Source: Candidatus Bathyarchaeota archaeon
Lineage (GTDB): Archaea; Thermoproteota; Bathyarchaeia; Bathyarchaeales; Bathycorpusculaceae
Direction of reading: 5' to 3'
NCBI GenBank assembly: GCA_963782525.1
Contig: CAWAKC010000001.1
Coordinates: 160,001-224,000 of the forward strand
DNA: 64,000 nt
In this document: positions 9,721-18,967 of the stretch, in pieces
Position numbering within the stretch: the first letter of the stretch is position 1
How the letters are laid out: each line of letters opens with the position of its first letter
Translations under genes and position numbers: made by a program
The notes under the pieces: model-generated
Told to the model about the DNA's origin: nothing
The model's input: only the letters and a program-made list of their open reading frames with translations
Database searches by the model: none

Positions 9721-9823
9721 AAACACCAAGGTTTCAAAAGATATAAAACGATGTGACTACACGCCGGATACAACTACCACCCACCTGCAAACAAACCCCT
9801 GATTTTAAAGGAGCAAGCGGCAC

Positions 9824-10462
9824 CTAAGATTTTTCCAGATTCAAACTACCTTTAGATTGAACGACCATCCGCTTTAGCACTAAGGGAACAGCTAAATTCA
9901 CAGTGACAATCAACCCCAAAAAGCCATAGCGCACCCCACTCGCCAACGCTGCAGTGTCAACGAACACCTGAAAGTTCTGGGCACCCGCAACCAAATTCAT
10001 CACGCCCATACCCAACGTAAGTATCGTTACCGATAAAGCTGCATAAAAAGAGATTTTTTCTTTTAGCCTAAACAATAGAATGTACGAAAATACTAAGGTT
10101 GGACAATAAAATGTTGCAGCTCCTAATATGCCCCAGGGCCAACCTAGCGGATTAAGTTCGATGGAAGTTCGTGCTATATTTATGGCGTAGAACGTTGTTA
10201 GAACGTCAAAGAGCCAGAAACTCAGAGCTACACCCTGGAAAGAGAAGAGAAGGTTGCGCCATTTATTCTGCTTGTCTTTTTGTTCATGGTTTTTGTTTTT
10301 AAATTTAAAGATGATAATTTCACTTGCTGGGATAAGCATGATTAGTAGATACATTAACCCAAGCCAAGCATCACCGCCAACCAATAGGGCAGCTACGTTG
10401 AACACCCAGATTAAGGCCGTAGCAACCAGAAAGCCTTGAGCTAAACTCTTCAGTGACCCCAT
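9824..10462 (-). CDS. Membrane protein with DUF5658-like C-terminal part
   Basis: Multiple TM segments; DVLTT...ELNP motif. Confidence 0.65.
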   Translation of the reverse strand: MGSLKSLAQGFLVATALIWVFNVAALLVGGDAWLGLMYLLIMLIPASEIIIFKFKNKNHEQKDKQNKWRNLLFSFQGVALSFWLFDVLTTFYAINIARTSIELNPLGWPWGILGAATFYCPTLVFSYILLFRLKEKISFYAALSVTILTLGMGVMNLVAGAQNFQVFVDTAALASGVRYGFLGLIVTVNLAVPLVLKRMVVQSKGSLNLEKS

Positions 10463-10627
10463 AAAACATCTTCTCCCCAAATTATTCCAAGCACAAGATA
10501 CCTAAATAACCTTTATTCCCAAAACCACGGTCAGTGAGACTGTTGAACAACGGAACAATTATAGCCACCAAACCAAACGCTCTAAACAGGAGCAAACAAA
10601 ATAAAAAAAATCCTGATAAAGCGCAAA

Positions 10628-11049
10628 AAGAAAATCGCACTCATCGCCCACTACAATAAAAAACAAGATGATAGAGTGGGCAAAATACAACATCGGCACC
10701 TTAGAGAAACATCAGCTCTATGCAACAGGAACTACGGGCAGGATGCTGAAGAAGGAATTGGGTTAGACATCGCCATCTTGGAGTCGGGACCATTGGGCGA
10801 CGACCTACAAATCGGCGCCTGCATCGCCAAGAGAAAAATAAATTTTCTAATCTTCTTTGGGATTCGCTTGCCCAATTGCCGCATAACCCAGACGTAAAAG
10901 CGCTTCTGGGAGTGACCGCAGTATGGAACATCCCCCATAACCCGCAACCGCTCTTCAGCTGACTTTATTATTTCTTCACCGCTATGGAGCAAGAATACCA
11001 GCGCATCCTGCCAGACTACGACAGTTACAGGGAAAGCTTCAATCAATAA
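10628..11049 (+). pseudogene. mgsA: Methylglyoxal synthase pseudogene
   Basis: Fragments [53 protein letters not shown] spread over different frames (at least 4 shifts). Confidence 0.85.
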
Positions 11050-11141
11050 GCGTTAACAACTTTTTTTATCTTGTTGAAAATTAAAAATGACGTAACAAAA
11101 CAAGATTATAGATTTAAGAATAAGAAAAATAAAAATTTGGT

Positions 11142-12005
11142 TTAAGCTTTAGGCTTAACCTTGTCTGCGACGGTGCTAAGGCTGGTCATTTCTGCGTTTG
11201 CTTTGCGTATGATGTCTGCGATGGTGTCTTTTGTGGGTATGGTTGCGCTTACGGATAAGGCGACTGCTTTCTGGTGAGCACGCTGCAATAATGGTTTGAT
11301 GGTGTCTTTGCTTGCGTAGCCTATTTCAAGGGCTAATGCGAAGGCTTCACCTTGGCTTGTTTGAACGGTCTTGCGTGTTGCGTCAACGTCAACTACAAGT
11401 TGGTCTCCGGTGATAATCATGCCGTTGTCGAAGACTGCACGCATGGATATGCCGAGTTCAACTGCTTTTATACCGAGTTTTGAGAGGACACCTGCCAAGC
11501 GTTCGTTGATGACTTCGCCCCTTCGGACGACCAAAGTGTCTTTGCTAATCCAGACGCTGCCGGATTCTATTCTTGTGGGTAAACCAACTGCGTTTAGTTG
11601 GCTGATGACTGGGCCGGGAGGCTGAGCGGTGTTTCCCGCTGGAATAACTACATCCATGGCGGCTATGTCGCCTGATTTTGCAGTTGTTTTTACTTTACCG
11701 CGTTCCAAAAGCAAAGCCAGTTTGAAGGGGTTAAGGTCAGTGAATAAGAAAACGTTGGATCCTTCCAAGTAAGCCTCAAGCTTCTTGAGCTCTGCCTGAT
11801 TCATTTCGTCTAAAGCGATTTTTATAAGTGTGTTCTTTAAGACGCGAAGGTAAACTTTGCCTTTCATGCCTTTTTTTAGTTCTTGGAGTTGGGAAGCGCG
11901 AACCTTCTTGAGACTGGCGATGCCGATGGATTTGTACTCTTTTAGTATGTCTTTTATTGCCTCGACTTCGGTTGATTTTGCTTCTAATACTTGTTGGGAC
12001 GGCAT
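11142..12005 (-). CDS. rpl10: 50S ribosomal protein uL10 (P0)
   Basis: KNTL, NPFKL, GNT..PPGP signatures; position after uL1. Confidence 0.95.
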   Translation of the reverse strand: MPSQQVLEAKSTEVEAIKDILKEYKSIGIASLKKVRASQLQELKKGMKGKVYLRVLKNTLIKIALDEMNQAELKKLEAYLEGSNVFLFTDLNPFKLALLLERGKVKTTAKSGDIAAMDVVIPAGNTAQPPGPVISQLNAVGLPTRIESGSVWISKDTLVVRRGEVINERLAGVLSKLGIKAVELGISMRAVFDNGMIITGDQLVVDVDATRKTVQTSQGEAFALALEIGYASKDTIKPLLQRAHQKAVALSVSATIPTKDTIADIIRKANAEMTSLSTVADKVKPKA

Positions 12006-12019
12006 AGTTTTTCTTCTCT

Positions 12020-12673
12020 TTAAGCTTTAATTTTGACTGGTTCACCCATGGATGTCTTTATGAAAGCGTATTTTACGTTTTTCAAGCCACGCTTCAGTTT
12101 TCCATCCAAAACGCGGAGAACAGTCATGGTGTTATCAACTAGTTCTTCATCCTTCATCTGTTCGGAACCTACCGAAACTTGGATAATTGGTTGACTTCGC
12201 ATGCGTACAAGCACGGTTTTCCGATGCTTGTTTATAAGTGCTGTAAGATCAGCGTTCACTGGGACAGGAATGGGCATTTTGCCTCGTGGACCTAAAACTG
12301 GACCAAGAGTCCTACCTACTAGGGGCATCAGGGGAACTTCGCAGATGAAAACGTCATAGTCGCTGGCGATTTTACGCAGTTCCTTCTTCTTGCCAGTCAG
12401 GGCATCTAAGTCTGCGCGTTCAAGAACTTTGTCAGCTGTTGAATTCTTTGCTTTGGTAACGAAGTCGCCGCTAGAGGCAACAACACAGACCTTGTTGGGT
12501 TTACCGGTTACGTGTGGAAGCTCTACGACCTCTTGAATTTTGCCTTCTGGCGACTTCATATCGATCTCGACGATGTCAAGAATCAAATCTACAGTCTGGT
12601 TGAATTTTTTCTGACCAGACTTTGCCTTTGCCTGTTTAATTGCTTCTGTTATAGTCTTGTTGTCTAGGGGCAT
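12020..12673 (-). CDS. rpl1: 50S ribosomal protein uL1
   Basis: FNQTVDL, LGPVLGPRGKMP, KTSMG. Confidence 0.97.
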   Translation of the reverse strand: MPLDNKTITEAIKQAKAKSGQKKFNQTVDLILDIVEIDMKSPEGKIQEVVELPHVTGKPNKVCVVASSGDFVTKAKNSTADKVLERADLDALTGKKKELRKIASDYDVFICEVPLMPLVGRTLGPVLGPRGKMPIPVPVNADLTALINKHRKTVLVRMRSQPIIQVSVGSEQMKDEELVDNTMTVLRVLDGKLKRGLKNVKYAFIKTSMGEPVKIKA

Positions 12674-12728
12674 TTTTAAGCCTCGTGCCATTGAGAGATT
12701 TGAAACCCATTATAAAAATATTCGCTTA

Positions 12729-13220
12729 TCATTGTTCAGTACCGAATAGTTGTTCGTAGTTGCCAGCGTCGACTTCTTTCTGGACTTCTCTCGGGTCTTT
12801 GCCTTCTACTGTTACACCTAAACTAACGCAAGTACCAAGCAATTCTTTAGTTGCCTTTTTGAGGGTTGGTGCTAAAAGTTGAGGACCTTTAATTTTGGCT
12901 ATCTTCACCATCTGCTCCATGGTTAAGTCCCCGATTTTAACAGTGTTTGGGGTACCTGAGCCTTTCTCAACTTTGAGTTCAGCAACTAGAAGTGCAGATG
13001 CTGTAGGAGTGCCGACAGTTACCTCGAAGGTTTTATCTTCAGTATCAACGCTGATCTTTACTGGAACTTTCATTCCAGCGTATTCTTTTGTGATTTCGTT
13101 GATTTTATTGACAATAGCCACTATGTTTACGCCAAGTGGGCCAAGAGCTGGACCTAATGGAGGACCTGCATTGGCTTGTCCGCCGCTAACGATTAATTCT
13201 ACGACTTTTTTCTCTGACAT
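12729..13220 (-). CDS. rpl11: 50S ribosomal protein uL11
   Basis: GGQANAGPPLGPALGPLG. Confidence 0.97.
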   Translation of the reverse strand: MSEKKVVELIVSGGQANAGPPLGPALGPLGVNIVAIVNKINEITKEYAGMKVPVKISVDTEDKTFEVTVGTPTASALLVAELKVEKGSGTPNTVKIGDLTMEQMVKIAKIKGPQLLAPTLKKATKELLGTCVSLGVTVEGKDPREVQKEVDAGNYEQLFGTEQ

Positions 13221-13236
13221 TTTTCTGTTTCACCGT

Positions 13237-13710
13237 TTATTTTGCTTTTTCAACTAATTTTACATAGTCTGAATGTACTGTGATGGGCAAAGTGAATGTT
13301 GCCTCGAGCAATTCGAGTGTAACTTCGCCTTTTGACTTGTCAAGTCTTGTGATTTTAGCGCGCATACCTTTGAATGGTCCACCGGTAATTTCGACAACAT
13401 CATCTTCGTTGAGGTCTTCCATGACTGGTTTACGCACTATGTACCGTTCAATTTCTGCGAAGCTTACGAGCCCCGGGATTCTTGAACGGACATGTCTGAC
13501 ACCTGTTATTGCTTCTTCCACCAGGTGTGGTCCATCTGCTTCGATGAACACGTAGCCTTTGAGGGTGTCAGGAACTAGAAGAGATTTTATGGGAATATGA
13601 GACATCTCAACTTTTGAAGCGATTAGGCGCGCTACGTTGCGTTCCTGACCTGTCGTTGTTTTCACAACGAATATTTTTACTTGCTGATTTGGCTCTTCTT
13701 TCGTGTTCAT
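13237..13710 (-). CDS. spt5: Transcription elongation factor Spt5/NusG
   Basis: NGN domain (TTGQE, KGYVFIEA) plus KOW motif (VEITGGPFKG). Confidence 0.97.
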   Translation of the reverse strand: MNTKEEPNQQVKIFVVKTTTGQERNVARLIASKVEMSHIPIKSLLVPDTLKGYVFIEADGPHLVEEAITGVRHVRSRIPGLVSFAEIERYIVRKPVMEDLNEDDVVEITGGPFKGMRAKITRLDKSKGEVTLELLEATFTLPITVHSDYVKLVEKAK

Positions 13711-13721
13711 GACTTTGCCTT

Positions 13722-13901
13722 CTAAGCTGCTGTTGTAGGGCTAATTGCATAAGCTAAGATTTTAATTAAAAAACCGATTAAGCCGACCGCACCTATACCT
13801 AGTAGACTGATTTTTATCGAGAGCCAAAGCTCTTCACGTCCAGGTTTTATGGCGAGCTTTAAGGTTCTTCCTGCCTGTGTCAACCAATCTTTGATGCCCA
13901 T
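13722..13901 (-). CDS. secE: Protein translocase SecE/Sec61-gamma (59 aa, not in ORF track)
   Basis: MGIKDWLTQAGRTLKLAIKPGREELWLSIKISLLGIGAVGLIGFLIKILAYAISPTTAA; directly upstream of spt5. Confidence 0.92.
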   Translation of the reverse strand: MGIKDWLTQAGRTLKLAIKPGREELWLSIKISLLGIGAVGLIGFLIKILAYAISPTTAA

Positions 13902-14008
13902 ATTTACCGCACACTCAAGATTTCACTGATATATAATAAATGTTACTGTAATATTTTAGTTTAAAAACTACGGTATTAACCCTTTTAAAGCTTCCCCAAA
14001 CAGGAATT

Positions 14009-14833
14009 TTAAACCTTCTTGAAGGGTAAACCAACGGTTTCTAAAGCTGAAAGCACGTTTTGTTTGTCTTCACTCTTGATTCCTTTCCAATCCAAAACAG
14101 CCAACTGCACTTTCCCCAGAGTCTTCTCAACACACTGAGATATCATTTTAGCATCTACTAGGTGGGCTGCGTACTTGGGAATCATGTGACCGAAAGCGAA
14201 TTCGCCGACCAAATCCATAACTGTGAACCTTTGGTTGTAGTGGGTTCCGCCTATGCCTAAAGCTATGGGACTGGTGTTTATCTTGAGGTTAGCGATTGAG
14301 TAAATTGCTGAGTGGGCAACGGCCTCTGCAGCCTTCAAATCACACCACTGAGCTGTAGAACTGCCTAACTCAATAAACATAGCTGGAACATCCAAGCTGG
14401 GTCCATGATGGGTACATTCAAACGATACTTCGTAATTTAGGTTTAACTTTTCTTTGTAGAACGTAAGCGCTTTTAGGGCATTCTGCATTGGATAAGCAGG
14501 TGAAACTGAAACTTTCCGGGGTAACCCGCCAAGTTCTGCATCTCCAAAGTTTCCAGGAACATGAACGGATAGAGTTGGTTTGCCACTTTGGCTGGCATGC
14601 CTTGAGATAAATACAATTAATTTTGCTGTTGGAAACTTTTTGGGTAAATCTTGGGCTTGAATGGACTCATCTTTTAAGGTTACAAGATTCAATGTTTTAC
14701 CATTCATCTCTCCTGCGTAGATGGGGCTACGCTGGAATGTTTTTGCAAGTTTGCGGAAGGGGTATTGGCTGAGGATTTGTTCTTTGATGTTTAAGCTTGC
14801 AATATCCTGCTTTGAGGCTACTAGGAGAATCAT
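14009..14833 (-). CDS. dtdA: D-aminoacyl-tRNA deacylase (archaeal DTD2)
   Basis: SRH, LSVHVPGN, ECTHHGPS, FIELGS, GGTHY. Confidence 0.93.
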   Translation of the reverse strand: MILLVASKQDIASLNIKEQILSQYPFRKLAKTFQRSPIYAGEMNGKTLNLVTLKDESIQAQDLPKKFPTAKLIVFISRHASQSGKPTLSVHVPGNFGDAELGGLPRKVSVSPAYPMQNALKALTFYKEKLNLNYEVSFECTHHGPSLDVPAMFIELGSSTAQWCDLKAAEAVAHSAIYSIANLKINTSPIALGIGGTHYNQRFTVMDLVGEFAFGHMIPKYAAHLVDAKMISQCVEKTLGKVQLAVLDWKGIKSEDKQNVLSALETVGLPFKKV

Positions 14834-14910
14834 GGGGGTACTTCACATAACTTGTGAGCATTACCGTAAAAATGTTGTTAAACCAAGTTCCAATAATGTA
14901 ATGCGTTGTC

Positions 14911-14933
14911 ATGCAATAAATTTAAATGCAATA
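14911..14933 (+). promoter_or_regulatory. Putative TA promoter: TTTAAA box flanked by direct repeats ATGCAATA (possible antitoxin operator)
   Basis: ATGCAATA at 14911-14918 and 14926-14933, 30 nt before the antitoxin ATG. Confidence 0.4.
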
Positions 14934-14962
14934 TGAAGCACTTACTAATTTAGGCACGAAGT

Positions 14963-15229
14963 ATGTCCCGAGCAAAAAAACGACAAGTCTGCTTCAGAAT
15001 TGAAGAATCAATAGTGGAAGAAATGGAGCAAATACGCAGCAAAACAGGCGTTCCGGTTAGCACCCAAATAGAACTACGATTGAAAGGCTTCACAATCGCC
15101 AATGCTCCGGAAAAAGGAAACCCTCATGAAATTTTGCGTATGTTCGCAAATATGGAAAAAAATGACGAATTAGCGGATAACATTGACCTAGCGGTAGAGG
15201 AAATGCGTAAAGGGCTGAAACTTCGCTAA
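14963..15229 (+). CDS. Putative antitoxin (ribbon-helix-helix-like N-terminus, VapB)
   Basis: RQVCFRIEE beta-strand plus helices; TAATG coupling to the PIN gene. Confidence 0.7.
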   Translation: MSRAKKRQVCFRIEESIVEEMEQIRSKTGVPVSTQIELRLKGFTIANAPEKGNPHEILRMFANMEKNDELADNIDLAVEEMRKGLKLR

Positions 15230-15628
15230 TGGTTTGTTTAGATACAACAATTCTAGCGGATCTAATTCGCAAGCAACCAGAGGCTAACAAAAAACTGAAA
15301 ATGCTATCTGAAGATAGCAAGGGCTTTTCTACTACTATTATAAACATCGCAGAACTTTTCTATGGGGCATACAAATCCAATAATGTCAAGCAAGGAAAAG
15401 ACGACATCAATTTAATTGTCAGTCGATTTGTCGTCTTTGAAATGGATGAAGTAGGTGCTGAGCGATATGGGCAAATTCGGAGTAACCTTTGGAAGATAGG
15501 TCAAATAATTCCAGATAGGGACATGACTATTGCGGCAATAGCCCTATCTAGTAGGAGAAAACGTCATAGTAACGAGAAACAAAAAGGATTTTGAACGAAT
15601 TCCGAATCTAACAGTTGAAACGTACTAG
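15229..15628 (+). CDS. vapC: PIN-domain toxin VapC, with a 1-nt frameshift near 15553
   Basis: CLDTTIL, NIAEL..G, DMTIAAIA; the alternative frame continues GENVIVTRNKKDFERIPNLTVETY* to 15628. Confidence 0.85.
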
Positions 15629-15701
15629 AGTTTAGAGCGCAAGTTTTTGCATAAAGCTTATAATTGCATGCTTGGTTCAGCGTATTGAAGGCACAGTAAA
15701 G

Positions 15702-16617
15702 ATGCATCTGATCAATTTCAAAGAATTAACAAGCTCTGACCTTGCTTCAATGGTTGATTTAGGCATAAAAGTTAAGCACAACCCTAAAAAATACCTCAAA
15801 ACATTCGAGGGAAAGTCAGCTGCATTGATTTTCCAGAAGACATCCACTCGTACTCGAGTATCCTTTGAAGTTGCCATGACGCAACTGGGCGGCCATGCGC
15901 TCTACATCGATTGGCGCACAACCAACTTCGCCTTAGCAGACATAATAGACGAGCTTCAATACCTATCACGCAACGTCGATTGCATAATGGCACGGTTACT
16001 TTGTGACGCAGACTTGCTCAAGATAGCTAAGGCTTCCCGTGTTCCAGTTATAAACGGCTGTGACGAGATGTATCATCCAAGCCAAGCCCTAGGCAGATTT
16101 AATCACCATCAAAGAAAAACACGGCAAACTTGAGGGTGCAAAACTCGTTTACATCGGCGTTCACAACAACGTCACTAACTCACTGATCGAAGGATGTACC
16201 AAAACAGGTGTCGAACTCACCACTGTAACGCCGATTTTTAATGAAGCAGCGAGAGATGACGAGCTGCTTTCGCAAGCTAAAAAAACGGGTCTTTGGCAAT
16301 CAACCTTGGATGCTAAGAAAGCTGTTGCCAACGCCGATTTCATTTACACGGACACATGGATTGATATGGAGTTTTTCACTGACCCCAAGTTTGCCGCTGA
16401 AAAAGAGAAGCGCATTAATCTCATGATGCCCTACCAAATCAATGCTGAGTTGCTCAAGAACAGCAACGCCTTTATCATGCATGATATGCCCATTCACCGT
16501 GGATACGAAATAAGTGCGGAAGCCATAGGGAGCCCGAAGTCAGTGATTTACGAGCAAGCAGAAAACAGGTTGTACGCAGCCAAAGCGGTTTTTCTCAAGT
16601 TAATGAGCCCTTTTTGA
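15702..16617 (+). CDS. argF: Ornithine carbamoyltransferase, split by one extra G near 16091
   Basis: STRTRVSFE, HPSQAL[A]DL, HNNV, MHDMP, QAENR; removing one G restores a single ORF. Confidence 0.88.
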
Positions 16618-16712
16618 AGTCATACATTAATTTGCTAATTGCAACTGCCGCAAGAAAAAAGCCGAGCACAAAAATAAGCTGTCCAATAGAAGGAAGAGGA
16701 AATACCGAGCGT

Positions 16713-16910
16713 GAAAGAAGAAGACACTGCTTCCCCATAACACTGTCTTCGTCTACTTGCTAAGAGAAGAAGAAAAAATTGGTGTTTTTCGGGAAAAAAT
16801 GATTTTTCTTCTTTTAACTTATGCAAATTTCCTATTGTGAGGCAAAAGTTAACTGGTAAAAGAAGAAGAGCAAAATTTTTTCCAACTTCTTCTTCTTTCA
16901 ACTTAGGTTC
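16713..16910. repeat. Cluster of three GAA/TTC-arm palindromes (REP/BIME-like)
   Basis: GAAAGAAGAAGACA...TGTCTTCGTCTAC; AAGAAGAAAAA...TTTTTCTTCTT; AAGAAGAAG...CTTCTTCTT; 25-nt identity with 57963-57987. Confidence 0.7.
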
Positions 16911-16962
16911 ATCCGGTAGACTGAAAAGCCTCAAAGAACATTGTTGGTAATTATTCTGGGCC

Positions 16963-17403
16963 CTAAATCGGCTTTGTTCCCTTTCTGTAACCACACGAGT
17001 AGCAGTTTTCATCGTGAACGCAAACTGCATCTCCACAGTTTGGGCATCTATACTTTTCTTGTTGGTTTTTGAGGAATGTTTCCATGCCTTTGATTTTAAG
17101 TTCCTTCAGGTTCTCCACCATGCTCATGTTATAACGTTCGCGGTATCGCTTGTCGAGGTGTGCAAGGTTTTTGCAGGCCAATGTATCACATTGGGTGCAA
17201 GACTCGATTTCATGTTTTCTAAGTTTTGGGCAACCTCGAATTATATAGCAGTTTTTGGCTCTGGGAAGGCAGCCTGCGCAGTGAGTTACTTTGCCTCTTT
17301 TCGTTGGTACTCCATGGGTGTAAGCGAGGTAAGCTCTGCAGATTCCGCAGTTCATTCCGCAGGGAGCAATTAGTTCGGGCGTAAATTTGTTGGTTGACAT
17401 CAT
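16963..17403 (-). CDS. DUF3795-like Cys-rich protein with C-terminal Zn ribbon
   Basis: APCGMNCGIC, CAGC, CPNCG...CYSCG. Confidence 0.8.
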   Translation of the reverse strand: MMSTNKFTPELIAPCGMNCGICRAYLAYTHGVPTKRGKVTHCAGCLPRAKNCYIIRGCPKLRKHEIESCTQCDTLACKNLAHLDKRYRERYNMSMVENLKELKIKGMETFLKNQQEKYRCPNCGDAVCVHDENCYSCGYRKGTKPI

Positions 17404-17459
17404 TTGGTATTAGACGAAAACGGTTTAATTGGTTTACGCTTTCTCAAGAATGGGAAGTG

Positions 17460-17507
17460 CTTTAAGGATAATTCTTACTTGGCGTCGAAAATCCTTGACA
17501 ATTATTA
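17460..17507. repeat. Repeat site copy 1 (core plus right arm)
   Basis: ATAATTCTTACTTGGCGTCGAAAATCCTTGACAATTATTA, similar to 18218-18258. Confidence 0.75.
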
Positions 17508-17702
17508 CTCAGATGTACTCAAAGTCCTGCGCACAAATATGTTCTGCATAGATGCTATCGACTAATCATAGTGCCCAAATAGCGGATGTGCCGAGAAATT
17601 AAGTAGAGTCCCGTTAAAAAGTATGGGTATAAATAAAACGCTGAGTAAATAAAACTAGGTAACTAAGTTCTTAACTATGAAATCTAGTAACAAGGGAACA
17701 AC

Positions 17703-18107
17703 ATGGCAAAAAGTAGTGCGAAGAAAGATGAGTCTCCTTCACAGCTTATCGACGCAAGAATTCAAGAACTAGGCGACTGGCGCGGAGAAACGTTAGCCAA
17801 AGTGCGTCGCCTCATCGAGGAGGCCGACCCAGAAGTAGTTGAAGAGTGGAAATGGGTGAAACCAACAAACCCTGGGACTCCAGTCGGGTCTCACAACGGC
17901 GGCATCTGCACAGGGGAGACCTACAAGAGTTCGGTCAAACTCACGTTTTTCAAGGGTGATTCGCTGGAGGACCCTTCTCACCTTTTCAACCAGCCTGGGA
18001 CTGTCAGGCGAGCCATCGACATCCATGAGGGCGAGAAGATTGAGGAGGAAGCCTTCAAGACCCTCATTCGTGCTGCTGTGAAACTGAACGCTTCCAAATC
18101 TCGCTAG
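17703..18107 (+). CDS. DUF1801 (YdhG-like) protein
   Basis: LGDWRGETL..VR.LI..ADP.V.EEWKW, ICTGETYK..VKLTF.KG, RRAID. Confidence 0.85.
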   Translation: MAKSSAKKDESPSQLIDARIQELGDWRGETLAKVRRLIEEADPEVVEEWKWVKPTNPGTPVGSHNGGICTGETYKSSVKLTFFKGDSLEDPSHLFNQPGTVRRAIDIHEGEKIEEEAFKTLIRAAVKLNASKSR

Positions 18108-18191
18108 TGCTAACGGCTTTAGATTGCCGAATTCGGTATTACTTTATTTTATTTAGATTTAATGACACAAAGTAATGGCTATGACACTCTC

Positions 18192-18258
18192 GCATAATTA
18201 TCAATGGAATTTCCAACATAATTCTTAATTAGCGTCGAAAATTCCCTGATAATTATTA
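18192..18258. repeat. Repeat site copy 2 (complete imperfect palindrome: left arm, core, right arm)
   Basis: ATAATTATCAATGGAATTT...AAAATTCCCTGATAATTAT inverted arms around core ATAATTCTTAATTA. Confidence 0.8.
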
Positions 18259-18374
18259 GCGCAACGTGATAATGTTCATTCTAGACTTGTTATTATGATG
18301 TTAATCTCGCAGCTATTCATTGGTAAATTTCTTTAAACATAAAGATTTATTTAGTCTATATTATATATTGAGTC

Positions 18375-18890
18375 TTGGCATTGAATATGAGAGCTGCATT
18401 GTTAGCCCCAACATATCTTGCATTATCATGGGTCCTCACTGTCAGCTATCAACTTTTCACTGATACCGCAGTCAAGTCAATTGCAACAAATATCATTTTG
18501 TTCTGGCCAACTGTCGGTTCCTGGCTGAATTTTAATATTCAAACCATAGTTTTTGTTTACGCTTTCACATGGATTTTCGTCTTGTCATCGGTCATACCTT
18601 CAGCTATATTGGGAAAACAAAGAAGTACTCTCATTCAATATGCTGTTGTCTTAATGTTAACTTTGATAGCTTTTTTCATGGCCGATATCCTTCAAACAAT
18701 CGCAGGAATCCGAATCGAGCAGATATTGGGAGCAGCAGTCCTTCTCGAAAATCCCATTTTGGCAGGATTTTATTTGTCAGCACCCTTCCTATTTATGATT
18801 GGTTTAGATATTAATTCCAAGAAAAAGCGGATACAAGGAGAAATCGCTAAAAAAGAAATATTTTCTGAATGGGAAAAAACCAGACAATGA
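18375..18890 (+). CDS. Hypothetical 4-TM membrane protein (AT-rich)
   Basis: 171-aa ORF with four hydrophobic segments. Confidence 0.7.
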   Translation: MALNMRAALLAPTYLALSWVLTVSYQLFTDTAVKSIATNIILFWPTVGSWLNFNIQTIVFVYAFTWIFVLSSVIPSAILGKQRSTLIQYAVVLMLTLIAFFMADILQTIAGIRIEQILGAAVLLENPILAGFYLSAPFLFMIGLDINSKKKRIQGEIAKKEIFSEWEKTRQ

Positions 18891-18967
18891 ATAGCTAATG
18901 TGAATTATTCTTACAGCTTAATGTCCTTTCCTTCAGCTTCGTTCGAACTGTCGCTTGAGCATTTGGA

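Noticed and set aside
16635-17036. 133-aa ORF, and the similar ORFs at 57523-57867 and 5779-5984
   Set aside because: Their EEE/SSS/LLL/TTT runs are read-through of triplet palindromes; no protein-family features
18192-18258. Canonical integron attC site
   Set aside because: No RYYYAAC...GTTRRRY ends and no intI in the window; kept only as a dif-like site hypothesis
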